From assembly GCA_024277355.1 (NCBI GenBank), contig JAJRVL010000004.1, positions 494,575 to 526,574 of the forward strand: 32,000 bases of DNA, in the 5' to 3' direction. Positions 1 to 11,327 of this stretch are shown in pieces. This DNA is from an archaeon. Its GTDB lineage: Archaea > Iainarchaeota > Iainarchaeia > Iainarchaeales > 1-14-0-10-31-34. A program made the translations under genes and the position numbers. Below the pieces are notes generated by a model. The model saw nothing but the letters and a program-made list of their open reading frames with translations. It searched no databases and had not been told where the DNA came from. The stretch's first letter is position 1; the number at the start of each line of letters is the position of its first letter.

Positions 1-2279
<2,279 letters not shown>

Positions 2280-2305
2280 TTAAAGGTTAATGAAAAACAA
2301 AAGAA

Positions 2306-2863
2306 TTACTTTAATTCATTTTCAAGTGATTTAACAAAAGAATCAAATAAAATAGTTTTTTCTTTAGCAAGATTTTTTGCTTTATCAGAAAAAAAAGCTT
2401 CTTTTAAAAGAAAAGACTTTGTTTTTTGTTCTTCAAGAAATTTGTTTAAAGGAATTTTTCTTAAATTAAATAAAACTGAATCTTTAATTATTCCAACTGA
2501 ACTCACTTCATCTAACATATTTAAGTCATGCACTAAAACTGCTTCAGTTGTTTTAGGTTTTCCTTTAATATCTGATTCTTCAATGCAATGCAGTACTGCA
2601 TCAATTTTTTCTTTAGGAAAAAGAGAAGAAACAAGAAATTTCTTTGCAAAATTAAGAGAAGTTTTAGTTAAATCCTGATTAAATTTCAAATGCATTGAAA
2701 AACCTGATAAATGAAGTAAAATTCCTGCAAAAACAATTTCTTCATCAAAAGAAGTTTCTTTTATTTCTTCAAGTAAATCAAAACATCTGTTAATATGCCC
2801 TGGTACAAAAAAGTTTTTTGATTCCTTTTCAATTAATCTTTTTAATTCAGTTTTATTAAACAT
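2306..2863 (-). CDS. Hypothetical protein with degenerate HD-domain-like pattern
   Basis: 185 aa. Motif-like spacing GHINRCFDLLEEI ... FAGILLHLSG ... VLVHDLNMLDE resembles HD hydrolases with the canonical HD replaced. Start overlaps the upstream gene stop (TAATG). Confidence 0.5.
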   Translation of the reverse strand: MFNKTELKRLIEKESKNFFVPGHINRCFDLLEEIKETSFDEEIVFAGILLHLSGFSMHLKFNQDLTKTSLNFAKKFLVSSLFPKEKIDAVLHCIEESDIKGKPKTTEAVLVHDLNMLDEVSSVGIIKDSVLFNLRKIPLNKFLEEQKTKSFLLKEAFFSDKAKNLAKEKTILFDSFVKSLENELK

Positions 2864-3663
2864 TAAACCACTATTTCTGATTCCCCTGAAGGAAGCATTG
2901 AAATTAATTCATCTAAATCAATGATTGTATTTAATTTTTCTTCAAATAATTTTTTTAGTTTTTTTCCGATTACTCCTTTAGAGTCTTTCCCTTGTCTTAT
3001 TTTAAATAAAATTTCTGAATGTTTTTTTACTGACTCAAAAGGACCTGAAATCACAATAAAATTTTCTTTTTCTTTTTTTATGCCGATTGCAAAATTTAAA
3101 GGAGTTTTTTTAAACCAGTTTCTTTCACCATAAATCATAAAAGAACCGGTTTTCATTGATTCTCCTGAAACTGCTTTTTTACTTACTTGTTCAGGCAGAA
3201 CAGAATAAACATCAACAGAAGAAATTCCTGTTTTCCATGCTTTAGAAAAACAAGCAACAAATTCAGCTGTTTCTTTCATTGAAGTTTCAGGAGAAGAATT
3301 ATTTATTGCTTTTAACAAACAATGAGGGCTTCCATGAATTTCTGCATGAAAATATAAATCTGTTTTATCCATGTATTTTTTGATTACTTCTTCATTACTT
3401 TTAGTGTCTTTTCCTGCAATAGCTAATAAATTATCACTGGTATAAAACCAATGGAATTTTTCAAACCATTGTTTTTTTCTTTTTTTAATTAAAACTTCTT
3501 TTTTTTCTGTTGTTTGGTTTTCTTTCATTTTACTTAATCTTTTTTCTGTTTCTTTCACTGCTTTTTTTAATCCTTCAAGTTTTTTTTTGTTTTTCTTTGA
3601 TTTTTGGAAATAAATTGAAGCATTTTCATTTAAATTTTTATGTAAGTCAATTTCAATTTTCAT
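2863..3663 (-). CDS. NFACT-R (DUF814) domain protein, RqcH/NEMF/Tae2-related C-terminal module with N-terminal coiled coil
   Basis: 266 aa: basic coiled coil followed by WFEKFHWFYTSDNLLAIAGKDTKSNEEVIKKYMDKTDLYFHAEIHGSPHCLLKA, typical of NFACT-R. No NFACT-N domain in this ORF. Confidence 0.85.
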   Translation of the reverse strand: MKIEIDLHKNLNENASIYFQKSKKNKKKLEGLKKAVKETEKRLSKMKENQTTEKKEVLIKKRKKQWFEKFHWFYTSDNLLAIAGKDTKSNEEVIKKYMDKTDLYFHAEIHGSPHCLLKAINNSSPETSMKETAEFVACFSKAWKTGISSVDVYSVLPEQVSKKAVSGESMKTGSFMIYGERNWFKKTPLNFAIGIKKEKENFIVISGPFESVKKHSEILFKIRQGKDSKGVIGKKLKKLFEEKLNTIIDLDELISMLPSGESEIVV

Positions 3664-4203
3664 TTAATCAATTCCTTTTTCTTTTTTCAGAATATTAATA
3701 ATTGAAGTAGTCCTTGAACCAGATTTATAGAAAGGAGCAGTAGCATAAATAATCTGCCTGTCTTTAATTAACTTGTAAATTCCCTTGATTTTTTCATAAT
3801 AATTTTTTTGTGTTGAATTATGAAATGATTCAATATCACGATAAAAATGCCTTAACAATAAATTCCAGTTTCCTGAACCCATTACCGCAGAAACCATGTA
3901 AATATTGTCATCTTTTTCAACTGCATCAAGATACTGCTTAAAAATTACTTTTTCTGCAAAATCAATGTGAAGCATTTCAATTACTTCTAATTTAAAACCA
4001 AATTTATGAAAATCAATTTTAGGACCAAACCCCTGCAAGACTCCATCCTTTAACAAAAAGTCCACAGAAGACTTAATTGTAGCTTTGTGAAAACCAGAAT
4101 AACGCTTAATTTGCCGGTTATTAGGCACAACAGAACCTTTTTTAAGCAAGGCCTGAATGGTTTTTAATCTAACAACATCATCAGCTTTAATATGAATAGC
4201 CAT
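3664..4203 (-). CDS. Winged-helix regulator with Lrp/AsnC-like effector domain
   Basis: 179 aa; N-terminal HTH (NNRQIKRYSGFHKATIKSSVDFLLKDGVLQGFGPKIDFHKFGF) followed by a RAM-like alpha/beta region. TATA-like CTTAAATAC/TTTAAATAG lies just upstream on the minus strand. Confidence 0.6.
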   Translation of the reverse strand: MAIHIKADDVVRLKTIQALLKKGSVVPNNRQIKRYSGFHKATIKSSVDFLLKDGVLQGFGPKIDFHKFGFKLEVIEMLHIDFAEKVIFKQYLDAVEKDDNIYMVSAVMGSGNWNLLLRHFYRDIESFHNSTQKNYYEKIKGIYKLIKDRQIIYATAPFYKSGSRTTSIINILKKEKGID

Positions 4204-4309
4204 AAAATAATCACTATACTATTTAAACAACAAAAAAGTATTTAAGTGTATTATATTGTACAGTATCATTTGTATAATCTATATATACTCTTACATCGTG
4301 TTAATAATG

Positions 4310-4460
4310 TTAAAAAGACAAAAATCCATCGGAGGGATTCAATTCTAGAGAGAAAAAATATAACGAAAAAAAAAGAGGTAGGGGAATAGGCTCACCAGGC
4401 CAATCTGGTTTCTTAAAAGATTCCCCCCTCTCTAAAAAATCTATTTTTGTTTTTGATTTA
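4310..4460 (+). ncRNA. Candidate structured non-coding RNA gene of unknown class
   Basis: TATA-like ATATATAC at 4281-4288. Hairpin AATCC(4323-4327)/GGATT(4335-4339). Stem AGAGG-(ta)-GGGGAAT (4374-4387) with ATTCCCCCCTCT (4420-4431), enclosing ACCAG(4394-4398)/CTGGT(4405-4409). Alternative helix TAGAGAG(4346-4352)/CTCTCTA(4428-4434). T-runs at 4444-4455. Locally GC-rich and non-coding. Confidence 0.4.
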
Positions 4461-4473
4461 AAAATTAGCTGAA

Positions 4474-6591
4474 TTATTTTGTTTTAGGTTTAGCTTTTGT
4501 TTTGGTTTTAGTTGTTGTTTTAGTTTTTTCTTTTTTAAGTTTTTCTTGTTCTTTTAATTCATTTTTTTTCTGCATTGATTTCTTCCATTCATCTTTTGAC
4601 GGACAATCAGGATCAATACACATATTAAATCTGAATCTTTTGCCTTGAACTGAAATCATCGGCATACTGCATATTTTACATAAGTCATCTGTTGGATTAA
4701 CTTTTCCTTTTTGAGGCAAAGGATAAGAATTAGTACAGTTAGGATAAGCAGTACATCCTAAAAAATATTTTTTATTTCTGCTTAAAATAATTCTTAATTC
4801 ACCTTTTTCACATTTAGGGCATTTGCCTACAATTCTATCTTCACTTAATCCTGCTTTAATTTCATTTCCAATTAATAATTTGTGTTCAAATAAATCTTTC
4901 AGAATAACCAGCAATAAATCTCTTGAATGTTCTACTACTTCTTCTTTTGATTTCTTTTTAGCAGAAATTAAATTCATTTCTTCTTCTACTTCTGAAGTCA
5001 TTTCAGGATCAATTACTTTTTTTGAATATTTTTCTAATACATCAGTTACAGCAAAAGCAACATTAGTTGGTTCAATTGCTTTTGCTCCAACAATATATTT
5101 TCTTGCATAAAGTTTCTGAATAATATTATGTCTTGTAGATTTAGTTCCTAAATTTAAGTCTTCCATTAATTTCAGTAAAGCTCCCTGCGAATATCTTGAA
5201 GGAGGCTGAGTTTCTTTTTCAATTAAATCCATTTTTTTTACGTCAGCTTTGTTTCCTTCTTCAAGTTTTGGCAGTAAAACTTCTTTAATTGAAGAATAAT
5301 GATAAAATTCTTTCCAGCCTAATTTTAAAATTCTCTGTCCATTTGAAACAAATAAGTCTTTTTCTAAATCAAATTCAATACTTAAGTTTTCTGTTTCAGC
5401 ATTCTCGCTTAAAGTAGCATAAAATCTTCTTACAATTAATTCATAAATTTTAAAACTTCTGTCTCCTAATTTTCCTTTGTCTCCTGCTGTAACAGGGTGA
5501 ATCGGCGGGTGATCTTTTGTTTCTTTTCCAAAAGAAGGAATTAATTTGTCAGGAAGTTTTTTAGCTAAAGCAGAAAATTCTTTTACTTTAGCTGTTTCTT
5601 CAACTAATTTTTTTAAATCTAAAGTTGCAGGATATTTTGTGTTGTCTGTTCTTGGATAAGAAATATATCCCTGCTGATATAAGGTTTCAGATATACTCAT
5701 TGCCTGCCCTGCACTAAAACCAATTGAAGTTGCAGCCCTGAGAAATGAAGTAGTGTTAAAAGGAATAGGCTTTGAAATACTTCTGTGTTTTTTTTGTACT
5801 CTTAAAACAACTGCTTTTTTTGCTTTTTTATTTAAAATTTTTTCTGCTGTTTTTTTATCTTTAAATTTTCCTTGTTTTGGAGCTGCTTCAAACTGAATTT
5901 TATCTTTTTCTAATATTGCTTTTATTTCCCAGAATTTTTCTGACTTAAAGGCTTTTCTTTCTTTTTCTCGTTTTACAATTAAATATAACACAGGACTTTG
6001 AACTCTTCCTACACTTAAAAAACTTTTTCCCATTTTATTTGATACAATTGAAATAAATCTTGTTAAAACCGCCCCCCAAATTAAATCTATTTCTCTTCTT
6101 GCATTAGCTGAATCAGCAAAAGCATAATCTATTTCACTTAAATCAGAAAAAGAAGAATTAATGTCTTTTGGAGTCATAGCAGAAAATAATGCTCTTTTAA
6201 TTTTAATTTTTGGATTGCCTTTTTTAATGTAATCCAATGCTTCTACTCCAATGCTTTCTCCTTCTCTGTCAGCATCAGTTGCAATGATTACTTCAGAGAA
6301 ATCTTTTGCTTTTTTTTCAAGCAAATCAGTTATTGCTTTTTCTGAAGAAACATATTCAACTTCAACTTTAGCCAGTTTTCTTAAATCAGTGCCCATCCAG
6401 TAATTATATTTTTTTGGGAAATCAATGTCTTCAATATGACCTCTTAAAGGAATAACAAAAGTTTTTTCTCCATTAAAATCAAATTCAAATAATTGAGCTT
6501 TATTTTCAATTAAAGACTTTGCTTTTCCTTTACCTAAAATTTCTGAAATTCTTTTTCCTGCAATGGATTTTTCTGACACAATAAGTTTCAA
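4474..6591 (-). CDS. topA: DNA topoisomerase I (type IA)
   Basis: 705 aa; Toprim (MKLIVSEKSIAGKRISEILG..., ATDADREGESIG), SVGRVQSPVLYLIVKRE, catalytic Tyr region QGYISYPRTDNTKYP, C-terminal CxxC zinc modules and Lys/Thr-rich tail. Confidence 0.97.
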   Translation of the reverse strand: MKLIVSEKSIAGKRISEILGKGKAKSLIENKAQLFEFDFNGEKTFVIPLRGHIEDIDFPKKYNYWMGTDLRKLAKVEVEYVSSEKAITDLLEKKAKDFSEVIIATDADREGESIGVEALDYIKKGNPKIKIKRALFSAMTPKDINSSFSDLSEIDYAFADSANARREIDLIWGAVLTRFISIVSNKMGKSFLSVGRVQSPVLYLIVKREKERKAFKSEKFWEIKAILEKDKIQFEAAPKQGKFKDKKTAEKILNKKAKKAVVLRVQKKHRSISKPIPFNTTSFLRAATSIGFSAGQAMSISETLYQQGYISYPRTDNTKYPATLDLKKLVEETAKVKEFSALAKKLPDKLIPSFGKETKDHPPIHPVTAGDKGKLGDRSFKIYELIVRRFYATLSENAETENLSIEFDLEKDLFVSNGQRILKLGWKEFYHYSSIKEVLLPKLEEGNKADVKKMDLIEKETQPPSRYSQGALLKLMEDLNLGTKSTRHNIIQKLYARKYIVGAKAIEPTNVAFAVTDVLEKYSKKVIDPEMTSEVEEEMNLISAKKKSKEEVVEHSRDLLLVILKDLFEHKLLIGNEIKAGLSEDRIVGKCPKCEKGELRIILSRNKKYFLGCTAYPNCTNSYPLPQKGKVNPTDDLCKICSMPMISVQGKRFRFNMCIDPDCPSKDEWKKSMQKKNELKEQEKLKKEKTKTTTKTKTKAKPKTK

Positions 6592-6636
6592 TTAAACCAC
6601 TCTGTTAATTGTTAAACAAAAAAGAATTTAAAGAGA

Positions 6637-7116
6637 TTAAAGTTTTTTCTGGAGAGATTGAGTCGGAAGAGCACTTGTTTTTTTTAATTCGCTTAAAACT
6701 AATTGAGTTTTAATATCTGAAATTCCATCAATTAAACCTAAATCATTAATAAATCTTTCAGCTTCCTCTAAACTTGGAACAATTATTTTTGCAATTAAAT
6801 TATATTCACCTAAAACCTGATGCAATTCAATAATATAATCAAATGAAATTAATTTTTTCACTAAATCTTTGTGTTTTCCCATGTCAGTTCTCATTTGAAC
6901 AAAAATTGGGTTTTCATAACCTAAAACTTTATAATTTAAATTTGCTTCAATAGAAGAAATAACTCCTTTTTTGATTAAAGATTCAACTCTTTTTTTTATT
7001 GCAACATCAGTTAATTTTGCTTCTTTTGCAATTGAACTAAACGAAGATCTTCCATCATCCAGCAATTTCTGAATTATCTTTAAATCAATTCTATCAAGGC
7101 TGACTGCATTAGACAT
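6637..7116 (-). CDS. Lrp/AsnC family transcriptional regulator
   Basis: 159 aa: LDRIDLKIIQKLLDDGRSSFSSIAKEAKLTDVAIKKRVESLIKKGVISSIEANLNYKVLGY, followed by a RAM-domain pattern. Confidence 0.9.
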   Translation of the reverse strand: MSNAVSLDRIDLKIIQKLLDDGRSSFSSIAKEAKLTDVAIKKRVESLIKKGVISSIEANLNYKVLGYENPIFVQMRTDMGKHKDLVKKLISFDYIIELHQVLGEYNLIAKIIVPSLEEAERFINDLGLIDGISDIKTQLVLSELKKTSALPTQSLQKKL

Positions 7117-7217
7117 AATTAATAAAACTAAACAAAAAAGTATAAAAGGTTAAGTTATCTAACAAGAATTCTTTTGAATGGGTCGTTCTTTAAAACATTT
7201 TTTAGTAAAATTTAGTT

Positions 7218-8771
7218 ATGGATTCAGTAATCAAACCTTTAGTGCAAAAAATTGCGTTTGAATGCGAAGAAGCAGGAGCAACCAAATGGAATTTAATTAA
7301 AATAATAAAAGAATTAAATTCAATGGAAACTCAAAGCGAAACAAAACTAAAAGAAAAAGCAATTGAACTGTTAAAAGAATTAAACCCTAAAGCAGCTGAA
7401 ACTTATTCTTCTTTTGAAAAAATGATTGTATTTACTTCTAAACAAAAAACTGAACCCTTTGACAGAGGAAACATAACTAAATCATTATTAAAAGAAACAA
7501 AAATTAAAAGAGGGTTAGCTGAAAAAATTTCATCTGAAGTAGAAGAAAAAATAAAAGACTTAAAAATAGGAGAAATTACAACTTCACTGATAAGAGAAAT
7601 GGTTTGTGTTGAACTTCTTGAATTAGGAATGGAAGACATCCATAATGAATATACAAGAGTAGGCATGCCTATATTTGAAGTTAAAAAAACAAAAAACTAT
7701 GAAAAAGAAGTTTTAACTGAATTCAATTTAATTTCAAAGATTCCAAAAAAAGCAAAAGAACTGCATTTTAAGTCAACAATTTATATTCCTTTTATTGAAG
7801 ATTTTTCTTCAAAAGCTTTTTCATGGAATATTGCATTAAAAGAAAAAAATGATTCAGCAGAAAATATTATTCTTGAAATCTTAAAAGAAGTACAGGAAAA
7901 AAGCAGTTTTTTTTCTTCTTCAGTGTGCATTAATTACATTAATTTTTGTTTAAGCAGACCATTAGAAAAAAAAAGCAAACAAAAAATAAAAGAATTAATT
8001 GACTTTTTCTTTAAGGCAAGTTCATTAATCAAAAAAAGATTTTGTGTTACAATTTCATTGTTTTCTCCCGAAGAATCAAACTACAAGGCAAACAAAAAAA
8101 ACATCTGGTTTTTTTCAAACGAATTCATAAAGAAATTCAATGAACAAAAAAAAGAATTAAATTTTGATTTAATTATATGTCTTGAAAACAAATTCCAGTT
8201 AAAATTAGTTGACAAAAACGTTTTTGAAAATGAAATTCATTTCTTAAATCTTAAAAATAATAATTTAAAGGCACAAGAAAAAGGATTATACATAAAAAGT
8301 ACTGGGATTTTTTCTTTAAGCGAAATAAACATTGAAAAATTATTTATTGAATCAAGAAGCAATGTAAAAAAATTAATGGAATTAATTGAAGAAACAGTTT
8401 TTTCAGTAAATGAATTAAATGAAATCAAAGAAAAAGAACTAAAAGAAAAAGATATTTCAAAATTAAAAAAATGTATTTTATTATACGGAGTAGATTCAGG
8501 TGCATTAATTTTCACTGACAACAAAGCAGAAGCAAAAAGCATTGCAAGAAGAGTAAGAGAAAAAGTAAGAAAAAATTCATGGAATTCAGTTGTATTAAGA
8601 AGCTTTAATTCCATTAAAGCAAAAAAAAGATTTGACGAAGAAAATTCAAAATATAATATTAAAACAGAAGAAAAAGAATTAAGAACAACAAGTTTTGCAA
8701 TAGCAAAAACAAAAAAAGAATTAGAAGAATTAATTGAAAAAAATTACGAATACATTGAACTTAAACCTTAA
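7218..8771 (+). CDS. ATP-cone protein related to anaerobic (class III) ribonucleotide reductase, apparently lacking catalytic motifs
   Basis: 517 aa; ATP-cone VFTSKQKTEPFDRGNITKSLLKE...EITTSLIREMVCVELLELGMEDIHNEYTRVG; a partial first cone may precede it (KLKEKAIELLKELNPKAAETYSSFEKM). The following segment STIYIPFIEDFSSKAFSWN lines up with the NrdD HIHDL region. No glycyl-radical RxxGY or C-terminal Cys cluster seen. Confidence 0.6.
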   Translation: MDSVIKPLVQKIAFECEEAGATKWNLIKIIKELNSMETQSETKLKEKAIELLKELNPKAAETYSSFEKMIVFTSKQKTEPFDRGNITKSLLKETKIKRGLAEKISSEVEEKIKDLKIGEITTSLIREMVCVELLELGMEDIHNEYTRVGMPIFEVKKTKNYEKEVLTEFNLISKIPKKAKELHFKSTIYIPFIEDFSSKAFSWNIALKEKNDSAENIILEILKEVQEKSSFFSSSVCINYINFCLSRPLEKKSKQKIKELIDFFFKASSLIKKRFCVTISLFSPEESNYKANKKNIWFFSNEFIKKFNEQKKELNFDLIICLENKFQLKLVDKNVFENEIHFLNLKNNNLKAQEKGLYIKSTGIFSLSEINIEKLFIESRSNVKKLMELIEETVFSVNELNEIKEKELKEKDISKLKKCILLYGVDSGALIFTDNKAEAKSIARRVREKVRKNSWNSVVLRSFNSIKAKKRFDEENSKYNIKTEEKELRTTSFAIAKTKKELEELIEKNYEYIELKP

Positions 8772-9502
8772 TCTTTATCAAACAAAGCTAAACCAAATTT
8801 TTTCATATATAACCTTGTTTTAACTATTTCAATAAAAGGCACAACAAAAAATAAAACAATAAACAAAGAAACATAATTTCCAATTAAAAAAACAAAATCA
8901 AAAATAAATTCAATTAAAGGAATAATTAACAAAAACAATACTCCCATGAAAATCACTTTAACAACAGTCAAAGGATTTTTAATTAAAAACTCAAAACTAT
9001 TTTCAATACTATGCACTATTTTATTTTCATCAACTACAATGCTTTGAGGAACAAACAAAAGAACAACAGAAACAATAAATAAAATTAAATTAATTAAAAG
9101 CAAAGGAGCATTAAAAAAAACCATTAAAGAATAAAATAAATAAAAAACAACAAAATACAAAACAAAAAATAAAGATAAAGTAAAACCAAACTTATGTAAT
9201 TTTTCAGTTAAGTAATAATTCATTCTTACTTTGTTTAATTTAGTTCTAATATTAAAAATAAGAAAAGAAACAAACAAAGAATAAAAAACCAAAAAAACCA
9301 TTATTGCAATTAATTCAATTAATAAAACAACTGAATCAACTAAAAATAATTCATATTCAATAAAAATGCTTCCTGAACCTAAAAAAATATTTTCAAATAA
9401 AGCAAAAAAAGAAAAAATTAAAAGTACTCCAAACAATAAATTCATTCTGAAATTTTCCAGATAATCCCTTAAAGCAAGCTGTAAAACCACTAAAAACCCC
9501 AT
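8768..9502 (-). CDS. Polytopic membrane protein, function unknown
   Basis: 244 aa with several long hydrophobic segments; overlaps the preceding convergent ORF by 4 nt. Confidence 0.7.
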   Translation of the reverse strand: MGFLVVLQLALRDYLENFRMNLLFGVLLIFSFFALFENIFLGSGSIFIEYELFLVDSVVLLIELIAIMVFLVFYSLFVSFLIFNIRTKLNKVRMNYYLTEKLHKFGFTLSLFFVLYFVVFYLFYSLMVFFNAPLLLINLILFIVSVVLLFVPQSIVVDENKIVHSIENSFEFLIKNPLTVVKVIFMGVLFLLIIPLIEFIFDFVFLIGNYVSLFIVLFFVVPFIEIVKTRLYMKKFGLALFDKD

Positions 9503-9583
9503 TAAATCCTGATAAAAACAGTTTAAATGTTTATTCCTAAAAAAAGGGAAAAAATAAATAAGGGAAAGACTAAATAATATTAA

Positions 9584-11212
9584 ATGAATAAAAAAATTTT
9601 AGTTTTCTTTACATTACTTTTGTTTTTCAATTTAGTAAATGCAGTATTAATTATTCCTCCAAGTCTTTCAATAACATGGAGTCAGCCTTCAAGTTCTACA
9701 ACAATAATAGGAAAATATGGACCAAACCTTTTAGTAATCCCAAAAATTTATTGTAATGACGGGCCATGCAACGACATGCAAGGAATACTAGAATATTGCC
9801 TTGGAGATTCATGCACTAATTATCAAACAATGTGTTATGGAAGCGCATCAACCTGCAGCACTGAACCAGTATATGTTACAATATCTTCAAACACATATAA
9901 ACAAAATCCATGCACTCCAAAAGATAGTTTAAGCGGATATTATTATTGCTGGTGGGATCTAAGCGCAAATTATCCTTCTTATTATGGACAAACAATCGAA
10001 TTAAGAGTTAAAGCAACTGCTTCAAATGTAACAAATGATGCATATCTTACAGGAAGAGAATATTATGTTGATTCACCAACCACAGTTACATTAAACCAGC
10101 CTTCAAGTAATGTCTCAAAAGAAAAAGGAGAAACATTAACAATTAACTGGACTACAAAAAACGACCCAGAAGGAGACAACCAACGTTCAAGAATCTATTA
10201 CAACCCTTCAGCATACTGCACTCCAATAGTAAACCCAATAACATACGGGACAGTAGAAATTTATGACTCTGCAGGTTTTCAGTCTGAAGGAACATATTCT
10301 TATGACTGGACTATCCCTAATGACATAACTGCAGGAGAATACTGCGTTTTTGTTCAAGCAAACTACGTAGCAGACGCAGTTTCAACCGTACAAAGAATAA
10401 CAATAACTGATCCTCCGTCTATTTCAATTAGTTCCCCTCAAAACAATAATGTTTTTGTTATTGGTTCAGAAATAAATTTTACTGCAAATGTTTTTGATGC
10501 AGGTTTAAATTATACTGTTGAATGGGATTCAAATAAAGATTTAGACTGGAAATCCACAAACGAAAATTTTAGTTATTCAGGTTTAAGCATCGGCGACCAC
10601 AAGATTACTTTAACAGGATTTTTTGATAAAAGCGGAAACATTACCACTAAAACAGACTCAGTTCAAATAAGCGTTGTACCTATTTCAACTGATGTTCTTG
10701 GAATAAGATATTTTGAAATATATGAACCAGCAGACAAAATACTTCAAACTACTTCAATCAGAATACTTGCTAAAACCAAAATAGATAATTTTACTGCAAC
10801 AGACAAAAATGTGGATTTAAATGTTACTTTAATTAATGCAGAAACAGGACAAAGAGCAGTTGACAGAATAACAGGAATTCCTTATGAACCATTTAATGAA
10901 AAAGCATTAGTTCCTGCATACAGTTACGTACAAATTAGCAATTATATTGGTTTAATAAAATTAAATGAAGGAAACTATAAATTAGTCGTAGATATAAGCG
11001 AATACCAGCCGGAACAAAACACTGCAAACAATCATTTAACTGAAATAGTTACAGTAACAAAAGCCGTTGAAGAAATTAAGTTAAGCGAAATAGAAGTAAT
11101 AATTCTTCCAGTAATAATCCTCTTAATTTTATTGATTATAAATAAAGAAAAAATAACTGAATTAATCAAAAAAAAAGATTTAACTGCAAAAAAGAAAAAT
11201 AATAATAAATAA
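9584..11212 (+). CDS. Secreted/surface-anchored protein with Ig-like/CARDB-like domains
   Basis: 542 aa; signal peptide MNKKILVFFTLLLFFNLVNA, Cys-containing N-terminal region, PPSISISSPQNNNVFVIGSEINFTANV Ig-like segment, CARDB-like NYKLVVDISEYQPEQNTANNHLTEIVTV, C-terminal TM VIILPVIILLILLII plus Lys-rich tail. Confidence 0.75.
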   Translation: MNKKILVFFTLLLFFNLVNAVLIIPPSLSITWSQPSSSTTIIGKYGPNLLVIPKIYCNDGPCNDMQGILEYCLGDSCTNYQTMCYGSASTCSTEPVYVTISSNTYKQNPCTPKDSLSGYYYCWWDLSANYPSYYGQTIELRVKATASNVTNDAYLTGREYYVDSPTTVTLNQPSSNVSKEKGETLTINWTTKNDPEGDNQRSRIYYNPSAYCTPIVNPITYGTVEIYDSAGFQSEGTYSYDWTIPNDITAGEYCVFVQANYVADAVSTVQRITITDPPSISISSPQNNNVFVIGSEINFTANVFDAGLNYTVEWDSNKDLDWKSTNENFSYSGLSIGDHKITLTGFFDKSGNITTKTDSVQISVVPISTDVLGIRYFEIYEPADKILQTTSIRILAKTKIDNFTATDKNVDLNVTLINAETGQRAVDRITGIPYEPFNEKALVPAYSYVQISNYIGLIKLNEGNYKLVVDISEYQPEQNTANNHLTEIVTVTKAVEEIKLSEIEVIILPVIILLILLIINKEKITELIKKKDLTAKKKNNNK

Positions 11213-11327
11213 AAAAAAGCAGTTAAAAAAAATGAATTAATTCAAACTACTGTTAAAAAAAAAGAAAAAATGAATTAATTAAAATACTAATAATAAAATA
11301 AAAAATTAATTTGAATAATTAATTAGT

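Noticed and set aside
4320-4350. GGATTCAATTCTA resembling a tRNA T-arm
   Set aside because: No acceptor, D or anticodon arm could be assembled around it and there is no CCA-compatible geometry.
7160-7190. AAGAATTCTT palindrome between the Lrp-type gene and the ATP-cone gene
   Set aside because: A short AT-rich palindrome expected by chance in this composition, with no second copy noticed nearby.
11213-11290. Possible frameshifted continuation of the 542 aa surface protein (AVKKNELIQTTVKKKEKMN) with twice-repeated AAAAAATGAATTAATT
   Set aside because: Short Lys-rich low-complexity sequence after homopolymer A runs; without read data it cannot be distinguished from ordinary AT-rich spacer.
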